The notes under the pieces were generated by a model. That model made no database searches. It was not told where the DNA came from and was given only the letters and a program-made list of their open reading frames with translations. Position numbers and translations under genes: made by a program. A stretch of 20,000 bases of DNA, taken from the IMG/VR virus record IMGVR_UViG_3300019874_000003. One strand, written 5' to 3'. Positions 9,180-16,342 of this stretch are shown here, piece by piece (within the stretch, counting starts at the first letter, position 1; the number at the start of each line of letters is the position of its first letter). Source of the DNA: an uncultured virus (IMG/VR IMGVR_UViG_3300019874_000003). Taxonomy: Duplodnaviria; Heunggongvirae; Uroviricota; Caudoviricetes.

Positions 9180-9518
9180 ATGTCATACCACCAGAAGCAA
9201 CGCGCTCTTGTGATCCGCCGCCCGCGGTCAATGGGGTCGATCGTGAGCCAGCCGACGAGTCAGCCGGTGTCGCGGCTTGCGGTCCAGCTTGGCTCGCTGG
9301 GTGACGACGCCGCCCCGGGAACCACGCTGTCGGATCCGACGATCGCGGACCCGACGTCAGTGTGGCAAGACAACGTGCTCGCCCAGCTCGCGGCTGGCGT
9401 GAAGACGCTGCAGATGGCCGAGATGCAGAAGTGGCTCCAGATCGCAGCCACGCTCTCGATCCCGCTGGCGGCGGCGGTGTGGAAAATGATCTTCAAGCGC
9501 GGTGCTGATATCACGTAG
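9180..9518 (+). CDS. Small protein with a C-terminal membrane anchor
   Basis: GAGGAG RBS, ATG at 9180; WLQIAATLSIPLAAAVWKMIFKR. Confidence 0.7.
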   Translation: MSYHQKQRALVIRRPRSMGSIVSQPTSQPVSRLAVQLGSLGDDAAPGTTLSDPTIADPTSVWQDNVLAQLAAGVKTLQMAEMQKWLQIAATLSIPLAAAVWKMIFKRGADIT

Positions 9519-9573
9519 CGTGCGTGGATACCGGGGTGTAGGAATAGGCGTCTCCTGTGATACGGTTGCCGCC

Positions 9574-10653
9574 ATGCCGCCGACGAAGCCCAGAATGCCA
9601 GGATCTCAGGTCGCGCCCAACGAGAGGCCGCAGCAGCATGCGAACCGCCGCACGGCGACGACGCACAGCCGGGTGCCGCTTGCGCAGGCGACCGCTGGCC
9701 GCACGTATCGAGTTCGCGACAAGGGATGGGTCAAGGTGTGGGGAGAAGGGTTGACCTGGGATGACGCGGTGAAGCTCAAGAATGGGGTGGTGGGTTCGAA
9801 GAAAAGTCGGACAGCCCGCGTCGAGGATGAGGCGATCCCGCCGCCCGCAGGATACGTGGCGGCGCCGCAGCCGAGCGCTGATGCGCTGGCGATCACGAGC
9901 GCCGTGGTCGCGGCTGGAGCACCGGCCGAGTACACGTACACGACGATACGCCAGGACGACGGTCAGTTCGCCGGTCTCGTTCAGGAGTTCCGCTCGTTGT
10001 CCTGGCTGGCCGATACCAAGGCGGAGGCGCTCGAGGGAATCAGGATGCTCGTCACGGATACCCTCGACGAGATGGACAAGGCTGGAGAGGTTCCGCCGCC
10101 TCCCGCAGGCACGGGCGATAACGCGAGGCCGTCCCTCGAGCTCGCCAACGATCAGTTGGTGATCGTCCCGGTGAGCGGAGTGATCCGCAAGATCCCAGCG
10201 GGCCACGAGCTCGTGGTCAACGGATTCACCCAGCCGGTCCCGGTAAGCGTCACGCAGGGCGACTCGGTGCAGGCTCGACCAGTGGACCCGGTCATCATCG
10301 CAGCGCGCGCATCTGCGAATGCGGCGGTCCGCCAGGTGCTGCAGCAGCGCCGTATCTATCGCGACGTCACCGCGACGCCGCCGGCCAAGCCGAACCCGAA
10401 CCCGCCCAAGGATCCCACGGTGTCCAAGGGCGGCGTGTACATCCGTCTGGGAGCTCCGGCGCAGCCCGTGACAAAGCCCCCGGCATCCCCGCTCAAGGTC
10501 GCCACCTTGCAGGATGGCGAGGCCTTGGGCGACGATGCGCTCACGGATGACGACCTGCCTGACCTCGCTGGTGATATCGGCGGCGGCGCCTCGGATGCCG
10601 ACCTCGAGCACGCGAGCAAGGTGCGCGAGGCCGAGGCCGCGAAGCGCGGGTAA
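9574..10653 (+). CDS. Pro-rich multidomain protein with an internal HicB-like domain
   Basis: Probable ATG at 9574; YTYTTIRQDDGQFAGLVQEFRSLSWLADTKAEALEGIRMLV..EVPPPP at ~9931-10104; acidic C-terminus. Confidence 0.75.
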   Translation: MPPTKPRMPGSQVAPNERPQQHANRRTATTHSRVPLAQATAGRTYRVRDKGWVKVWGEGLTWDDAVKLKNGVVGSKKSRTARVEDEAIPPPAGYVAAPQPSADALAITSAVVAAGAPAEYTYTTIRQDDGQFAGLVQEFRSLSWLADTKAEALEGIRMLVTDTLDEMDKAGEVPPPPAGTGDNARPSLELANDQLVIVPVSGVIRKIPAGHELVVNGFTQPVPVSVTQGDSVQARPVDPVIIAARASANAAVRQVLQQRRIYRDVTATPPAKPNPNPPKDPTVSKGGVYIRLGAPAQPVTKPPASPLKVATLQDGEALGDDALTDDDLPDLAGDIGGGASDADLEHASKVREAEAAKRG

Positions 10654-10780
10654 CCGTTCGGGATTGCGGTCGGCTCGGAATCGACTGGCCTATGACCCCA
10701 CCTAGGATAGTGGGGCGTCCCGACCCGTTTAGTGCCAGCCCAGAGGAATCTGAGACATGCTTCCGAGCCGGCAAATGGGA

Positions 10781-10810
10781 TTGCACCCAATCCGGAACCA
10801 GTAGTACCCT
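10781..10810 (+). promoter_or_regulatory. Putative promoter TTGCAC-N18-TACCCT
   Basis: Ends 7 nt before the ATG at 10818, which has no RBS (leaderless-like). Confidence 0.4.
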
Positions 10811-10817
10811 GCTTGGC

Positions 10818-11177
10818 ATGGCATTCACAGGCACCCCCGTCGTCACGCAGATCTCGGACAGCATCGTCCGCATCACCGGGTTGTCGCTGGCGGCGGCCGC
10901 CGTCGGCACGATCGGACTCACGGGTGCCACAGGCACCGCGCCCGGCGTCACGCTCCCGGAGTCGTTCAAGACCCTGCACTACACGTACGCTGGAGCGAGC
11001 GTTCCATTCCAGGACTGCATCGACGTCTCGGTGGGATTCTCGACGGTGGTCGGCCAGACCCCGCCGATCGCGGTGGTCAAGACGGGGACCACCGTCGCCG
11101 ACTTCCGGGCGACGCTGACCAACGGATTCGCGTCGGTCTCATCCGGGCTCGAGATCTACGTCAAGTTCCACAACTAG
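10818..11177 (+). CDS. Thr/Gly/Val-rich beta protein, likely virion structural
   Basis: 119 aa, MAFTGTPVV...LEIYVKFHN; composition typical of structural proteins. Confidence 0.65.
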   Translation: MAFTGTPVVTQISDSIVRITGLSLAAAAVGTIGLTGATGTAPGVTLPESFKTLHYTYAGASVPFQDCIDVSVGFSTVVGQTPPIAVVKTGTTVADFRATLTNGFASVSSGLEIYVKFHN

Positions 11178-11219
11178 GCGGCAACAGCCCGGCGTAGCCG
11201 GGACCGTGACACCGTAGAA

Positions 11220-11630
11220 CTACGCAGCCTGAGCGGTGACCATACGAATGCGCTCCCATGCCAAAACCGGGTCCGCGCTCGCCCAGAACGCGAGTGCCGA
11301 CCGCGTGGCACCAATGCCGGCGACCTCGAGAACGCCACGGGCCGCCGCCGCCAGAAGCTCCATGGCGTAGACGATGGGCGCTGCGTTGACGCCGAACGGT
11401 ACCGGCAACGTGCGCAGGCCGCTTGACCATGACTGCTCATGCCGCGCGAGGTCTGCACATGCGCGCTGCATCACATCCGGGCCGCACCGGTCCGCGACCA
11501 GGCGGACAACGCCAAGCAGGCACCGCGCCGCGCCACGTGCGGTGACGGCATCCGGCGGCGACACATCCACTGCGAGCGCCATGGAGCGGAGGTCGTCGAT
11601 GTTGTTCTTCCAGTGCGCGATCGTGGGCAT
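11220..11630 (-). CDS. Hypothetical helical protein
   Basis: ATG at 11630 with AGGAG RBS and an upstream promoter. Confidence 0.65.
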   Translation of the reverse strand: MPTIAHWKNNIDDLRSMALAVDVSPPDAVTARGAARCLLGVVRLVADRCGPDVMQRACADLARHEQSWSSGLRTLPVPFGVNAAPIVYAMELLAAAARGVLEVAGIGATRSALAFWASADPVLAWERIRMVTAQAA

Positions 11631-11658
11631 CTCAGGTCTCCTTCTGGGGGTTCCTCGC

Positions 11659-11711
11659 AAGATGGAGGCGCGGCTGCGCCATGTCAAGTCATAACTTGCC
11701 ACTGTCAAGTC
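11659..11711 (-). promoter_or_regulatory. Sigma70-like promoter with direct repeats
   Basis: TTGACA (11687-11682)-N17-CATCTT (11664-11659); TGTCAAGTC repeated at 11682-11690 and 11703-11711. Confidence 0.5.
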
Positions 11712-11755
11712 GGCCGCAGCCGACGACCGCACGTCCTGGTGATTGGGGTACCAGG

Positions 11756-12304
11756 CTACCGTCGAAGCCTGCCGAACACGGACGACGCGAGGCCGATGCC
11801 GTCCACGCCGGATGTAATCACGCCGACCAGATGGCCGTTGTCGTCGTAGAGCGCGGCGCCGGAGTTGCCGGGTACAGTGCGGATGTCCAGCGCCAGATCG
11901 ACCTCACCGTGAGGCGTTCCCACGGGGCGTATCTCGGTGATGTGACCGCAGCGACGTTCCCTGGCCGGCAGCGCAACCTCAGCGCATACGGCATCGCCGA
12001 CGTCCGCGGCATCGGTCACGGCTTCATCGCCGTGAAGGTCGGTGACCAGCAGTGCCAGGTCGTGGCCGTCGTCCCGCCAGGCGAGGTGATGAGCGGACAG
12101 GAGTTGGCCCACATCGGTTGTGATGGCAGAGCCGTCACATGCCACGTGGCTCGCGGTGAGCACGAATCCATCGCCGATATCTGCGCCGCTTCCACCGCAC
12201 GGCTCAAGCGCCACAGCCGCAGCGTGCTGTTGCTGGACGGTCCATGCCGGCGGCGGTTCGATGTGAGCATCGTCATAGGTACAGCCACAGACAAGTGCGG
12301 CCAT
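11756..12304 (-). CDS. Trypsin-like (S1) serine protease, lipoprotein-like
   Basis: Catalytic triad motifs VLTASHV, HDLALL and PGNSGAAL..G.LVGV; lipobox-like LVCGC; true start uncertain. Confidence 0.85.
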   Translation of the reverse strand: MAALVCGCTYDDAHIEPPPAWTVQQQHAAAVALEPCGGSGADIGDGFVLTASHVACDGSAITTDVGQLLSAHHLAWRDDGHDLALLVTDLHGDEAVTDAADVGDAVCAEVALPARERRCGHITEIRPVGTPHGEVDLALDIRTVPGNSGAALYDDNGHLVGVITSGVDGIGLASSVFGRLRR

Positions 12305-12339
12305 TATCGCTAAGCTTAACCTTAGTTCGCTAGGTCTCG

Positions 12340-12738
12340 ATTTCGATCGATCGGGCATCGAGCAGCCATTGTTATATCGAGAGGTCGTAACGGTCACGTC
12401 TTGTTTGGCCTGTCTCGATCGTTCTGGCATCGAGCAGCCATTGTTACCGCCGAGCTCGCGCACGCCCACCGTGCGAGCATGATCGTCTCGATCGATCGGG
12501 CATCGAGCAGCCATTGTTACATCGGCAATCTGCGCGAGCTGCGAGGTGATCTGATTGTCTCGATCGATCGGGCATCGAGCAGCCATTGTTACAACTGTTG
12601 CCAACGGCGGGAAGCTCTCAGATTGCTGGTCTCGATCGATCGGGCATCGAGCAGCCATTGTTACCCGCGTAGGTCTCGCGTCATGAGCGAACCACCTTCT
12701 ACGTCTCGATCGATCGGGCATCGAGCAGCCATTGTTAC
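12340..12738 (-). CRISPR. CRISPR array, 6 x 36-bp repeats, 5 spacers (36, 37, 36, 36, 38 bp)
   Basis: Repeat (+) GTCTCGATCGATCGGGCATCGAGCAGCCATTGTTAC at 12340 (3 mismatches), 12412 (2 mismatches), 12485, 12557, 12629 and 12703, with unique spacers. Degenerate copies at the low end imply - strand orientation. Stem CTCGAT/ATCGAG near the 3' end. Confidence 0.97.
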
Positions 12739-12778
12739 AGCGGGTTGGAAATATCGTGTCATCTCGCTGAGATACAAC

Positions 12779-13717
12779 TCAGGTTTCGAGCGGTCTGGTC
12801 GTTGTGCTCGCCGAACGCGCCGTTCGCAGACGCTGCGACCGAGATGGCTTCGCGATCGCCGACTTAGCGGTGCGAGCGGTCTCCGGAGTCTCCTGCGCAT
12901 TGGCCCACTCGAGTAGGAGATTGCGGCAGGCATTCGCATCCTGGTCGACACGCAGGCCGCACGCCGGGCAGGTACGCTCACGCCCGGTGTTGACGGACTG
13001 GTCCCACGCCTCATCGACATGACCGCAACTGTAGCACCGGCGGGTCACGTCGTTGGACGACATCTTCTCGACGCGGCCGTGGAACGCGTTCATGAGCACC
13101 TGACGAAGCTCGCTACCAGCGACCAGGCTTTGGTTGTTCTTCACGAGCGGGATGCCGTCGACCTCCTCGGACTCCGGGGCCGGCGATCGCTTGAGCTCGG
13201 CGAGGTCGGTATCGTCGATCACCAGCGTCCGATAGCGCTGGCAGAGGTTGGAGGCCAGGATGCGGTAGCCCTCCCGGCGGCGCAGGAGCGCCCGGCGGCG
13301 CATCCCGGTCTCGTATGGCTCAAGGTGGTTGTCGCGGTAGCGCCAGGCATCCAAGGCTTCATACCCAACCTCGTCACCGTGGAAGCGCGCCACGCGCCAG
13401 CGCTGCGCGAGCTTGCGGAACCGGTCCGCCGAGCGCCAGGCGTGCAGGTGCGGCTTGATCTCCGCCAGCCAGGGCGGCAGCGCCGGGCCGCCAGCGCGGA
13501 TGTACGCTCCGACGCGGCCCCATGGGTGGTCGGCACAGGCGATCGGGATCGGTGCGGGAGCTGATGCGGTCGTCACCCCTCGCTGCAACCGCGACGACCA
13601 CCAACGCAGCGTACCCACCTTGATTCCTTCACGCGCCGCGAACACCGCCGCGGTCTCGCCACTTGCTCTCCACTTCGCGACGCGTTTCTGCCAGGTGACC
13701 TTCGCTGCATTTGCCAT
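12779..13717 (-). CDS. Fusion: IS66 TnpA N-terminus (aa ~1-60) + C-terminal half of a Cas12m/type V-U1-like TnpB-family effector
   Basis: HLHAWRS..F..LA.RWR, AWRYRDNHL..YE...RRRALLRRRE.YR, RuvC-II-like LVIDDTDL, Zn finger CYSC/CPAC and RuvC-III DQDANACRNLL; no RuvC-I, WED or REC region; adjacent to the array. Confidence 0.8.
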   Translation of the reverse strand: MANAAKVTWQKRVAKWRASGETAAVFAAREGIKVGTLRWWSSRLQRGVTTASAPAPIPIACADHPWGRVGAYIRAGGPALPPWLAEIKPHLHAWRSADRFRKLAQRWRVARFHGDEVGYEALDAWRYRDNHLEPYETGMRRRALLRRREGYRILASNLCQRYRTLVIDDTDLAELKRSPAPESEEVDGIPLVKNNQSLVAGSELRQVLMNAFHGRVEKMSSNDVTRRCYSCGHVDEAWDQSVNTGRERTCPACGLRVDQDANACRNLLLEWANAQETPETARTAKSAIAKPSRSQRLRTARSASTTTRPLET

Positions 13718-13778
13718 CGGATCTCACCGTGCCGTCTCCCGCGCGATCGCGCCAGAACGCTGTTCGTGCAGCGGATAC
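13538..13778 (-). mobile_element. IS66-family left-end remnant
   Basis: Begins GTATCCGCTGCACGAAC at 13778 (IS66-type terminus). An ATG 61 bp inside encodes W.KRV..WRASGETAAVFAAREGIK..TLRWW..RL (TnpA HTH). No tnpB/tnpC or right end seen. Left boundary approximate. Confidence 0.75.
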
Positions 13779-14734
13779 CCCGAGATGGCGCGCGACAGCC
13801 AGCGCCGTCTCGCCCGCGTCTTCCGCCAGCGTTGCCTGCGTACGCCGCAACGCCTGGGGCGGCAGCACCGGCACCTTGGCGGCGTCGGCGATGCGCCGCA
13901 CGTGGTTGTAGGCCATGTACCGCGACCACCGCCGTCCGGCGGGCCAGCGCCGCGATGCCTCCGACACGAACAGCGGCGCATCACCCGGCCGGCCCTCCGC
14001 GAGCGCCAACAGGTACGGCCGGAGCTCGTCCGGAATCAACAGCCGGCGCGTCCCCGCCCCCGTCTTGGTGCGACCGATCCACAGTAGCCGGCCTTCATCG
14101 TCCAAGTCGCGCACGTCGCGCTTCACCAGCTCCGAGGCGCGCGAACCGAGCAGCAGATACGCCAGCGTGATCACCGCGCCAGCGTCGGTCGCGGCGTACT
14201 TGTGGCAATGTGCCTGCAGCTGCCGCGATTCATCGACGGTCAGACGTGGCTTGTCCGCACCTTCGACCTTCCGACCCACGGCCTCGACCTCGGCGAACGG
14301 GTTCGCCCGGAGCATCCGCTGCTTGACGCACCAGGCGCCCCAGTCCTTGGCGACCGCGAGCGCGTTCTGGTGCGTGTCGGCCGCGCGCGGCTTCCCCTCC
14401 CGGCGATGCCCCTTCGGGTAGACCCGGGCCTGCACGTAGAGCTCGGCGCCGCGGCCGAGAACCGCGCGCACCGGGCGCGGCATCAACGGCCCCAGGATCA
14501 TCGCGAGCCGGTCCTCGGCGCTCTCCACGCTGGACTCCGCCAGCTCCCGCTCGCGCTTCCAGGCGAGGAACCGGTCGACAGACTGCTTCACGGTGACGCC
14601 TTGCGCCTCGTCACGCGCCCCGGCGATGAACGCGTCGGCAAGATCCCGCGTTGCAAACGTCTGATAAAGCGTCTTCCGTTTTCCTCCGCGTCGAGTAACG
14701 ACGTGGACGCGGAACTGGTTGAAGTACTCGTTGG
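13779..14734 (-). pseudogene. Tyrosine recombinase/integrase, truncated
   Basis: LLGSRASEL (R), TKT (K), PQALRRT and ARHLG are present, then the sequence switches to the IS66 end with no catalytic Tyr. The frame extends upstream of GTG 14591 through an arm-binding-like segment without a start codon. Confidence 0.8.
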
Positions 14735-15655
14735 CTATTCGATCGACCCTTGTGCGATAGCCTTAGTGGCGGTGGGGAGGTCAGCGGCGATTTGCACGTC
14801 TGCTTCCTCGGGCGAGTACTGGTCCAACATCAAACGAGTCGTCGCAACGTAGTCCGCAACCGAAAGGTTAGTGACGTTGAAAAACGCGACGCGGATGTCT
14901 ACGACAGAGCCGCCCTTAACGACCACAACATCATTCAGCCAACCACTGAGAATTGCCTCTGCCTCGGCAGTGAATTCGATGGTCGAGCTGACGATCAACA
15001 AGAAATCGATCGTCATGCTCGAAGCGGCACCTGATGAATGGAACCGGATTTCTTCGATGTCGTTGAGTAGCTGTTTAAGCTTTGTGGTCTCGGCTTTCTC
15101 CTTCTCGCGCTTCTTCATCACGGAGTCGAGGGACTTCACGATCTGCTTGTGAACAGCCTTGACGATGTGGTCGGGGATCGCGGGGCGATTGTATCGCCCC
15201 GCGACCCACTGAGCGAAACGAAGCCGCTCCGGATCAGTAGAGAACACCGTCGCGAAGCCTACAGCGACAAGAGACTCCTTTCTCAGGTGCGCTCGGCGTC
15301 TCGCATCAGCAAGCAGTGCCCGCTCGTTCGCCTCAGTGAGCAAGAAGAGACGCGACGAATTGCCCTTCCGAGCTTGTAGGATTTCGGTCGGGTCAGTTGA
15401 CCAACGTGCTGTTACGACTTCGACGCACGGCTCAACCTCAGGACGTGCGTAGATGTCGCAGTCTTGTGAAACGAGGACCCACTCAGCATCAGTGTCAGCT
15501 TCGATCTTGGCGACCCACTTCGGCAGAGCGTTTGGCTCGTCCTCAGTATCCGTCTCCAGCCACAAGGTATGTGCTGCAGTCTTCACAAGAGATCCTTGGC
15601 GGCACCCGCGGGACAGAAGTACTTCTCCGACACTTTGGCTTTGTGGGCTCGGCAC
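14735..15655 (-). CDS. Conserved-looking hypothetical protein (RQGS / SQDCDI / RYNRPAIPD motifs), candidate toxin or defence protein
   Basis: 306-aa ORF, visibly lower GC than its flanks, GAGG RBS, 8 bp downstream of the HTH gene. Confidence 0.75.
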   Translation of the reverse strand: MPSPQSQSVGEVLLSRGCRQGSLVKTAAHTLWLETDTEDEPNALPKWVAKIEADTDAEWVLVSQDCDIYARPEVEPCVEVVTARWSTDPTEILQARKGNSSRLFLLTEANERALLADARRRAHLRKESLVAVGFATVFSTDPERLRFAQWVAGRYNRPAIPDHIVKAVHKQIVKSLDSVMKKREKEKAETTKLKQLLNDIEEIRFHSSGAASSMTIDFLLIVSSTIEFTAEAEAILSGWLNDVVVVKGGSVVDIRVAFFNVTNLSVADYVATTRLMLDQYSPEEADVQIAADLPTATKAIAQGSIE

Positions 15656-15663
15656 TCAATACC

Positions 15664-16338
15664 TCATTTCACAGACTCGTCGTCGTCCTCGAATTGCGCC
15701 GAGGGACTTAGTCTCTCGCGCGCCAGCCGACGCTCGAACACACTCATCGATGGTTGAACCATCGGTGCCTTGACTTGCGAGAAACCGGACATTGGCGAAC
15801 CGGCTCTAACGACTAGCCCACGGAACACAGAAAACTGTTGCTCCTTGATGTACTGCAGCGGGGACTTCCCCCCCGCTGCGATGGGCGTGCGGAGCCAAGT
15901 CGGGAGATCGATGATTCCGTCGAGCTTCTTCTTTGCGTCCTTAATGTGATTGAGCGCTTCCACTAGGTGCGTGAACGCTTCTTCCCGCGGCGTAGCTCCT
16001 TCCATCCAGTTGTAGAAGGTTGTCCGTGACACACCGAAGACCTGAGCGAGCTGTTGGGGAGTAAGACGAGAGGCCGTCCGTAGCTCCTCGGCGGCTGTAA
16101 GAATTTCGTTCTTGCGAAAGTGCGTAACGTTCGCCGGTGAAATTCGTCGCTGCTGCTTCACGATCACAAAGGCATCATCGCCGTCCCAGCTGTCGGTCGC
16201 CCAGCCGTTGACGCGAAGCACGCCCTGGCTGCCGCCGATCTGTTTGTCGAACGCCTTGAGCAGTAGCCGCTCCTCGTCGATCTCCGGATCGAACCTGATG
16301 GCTAGCTTGCCGTCGATCTCGATGAAGGTTGCGCGCAT
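15664..16338 (-). CDS. XRE-HTH protein with an Xre/MbcA/ParS (DUF2384)-like C-terminal domain
   Basis: LRTASRLTPQQLAQVFGVSRTTFYNW (HTH) and WLRTPIAAGGKSPLQYI. Confidence 0.75.
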   Translation of the reverse strand: MRATFIEIDGKLAIRFDPEIDEERLLLKAFDKQIGGSQGVLRVNGWATDSWDGDDAFVIVKQQRRISPANVTHFRKNEILTAAEELRTASRLTPQQLAQVFGVSRTTFYNWMEGATPREEAFTHLVEALNHIKDAKKKLDGIIDLPTWLRTPIAAGGKSPLQYIKEQQFSVFRGLVVRAGSPMSGFSQVKAPMVQPSMSVFERRLARERLSPSAQFEDDDESVK

Positions 16339-16342
16339 GGGG

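Noticed and set aside
10243..10260. GTAAGCG as a possible IS66 right end
   Set aside because: Lies inside an intact gene and lacks further similarity to the left end at 13778.
9511..10611. Long antisense ORFs (also 8033-8803, 13413-14087, 16112-17119, 18158-18907)
   Set aside because: They lie opposite better-supported genes and are typical high-GC shadow ORFs.
11188..11202. Hairpin CCCGGC-GTA-GCCGGG between convergent genes
   Set aside because: Possible terminator, but it has no U-tract; too weak to call.
12376..12702. Self-targeting spacers
   Set aside because: Only ~11-nt chance matches noticed (e.g. near 8412 and 13403); not checked computationally.
11756..12721. 321-aa ORF reading through the CRISPR array into the protease
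   Set aside because: The N-terminal part is translated repeats and spacers; an open frame is plausible by chance in GC-rich DNA.
12401..12916. + strand ORF with repeated VSIDRASSSHCY
   Set aside because: Translation of CRISPR repeats.
12779..13540. Ordinary IS200/IS605 TnpB transposon
   Set aside because: No Y1 or serine TnpA is present, a CRISPR array sits where the omegaRNA/right end would be, and the helical insert resembles Cas12m; phylogeny is still needed.
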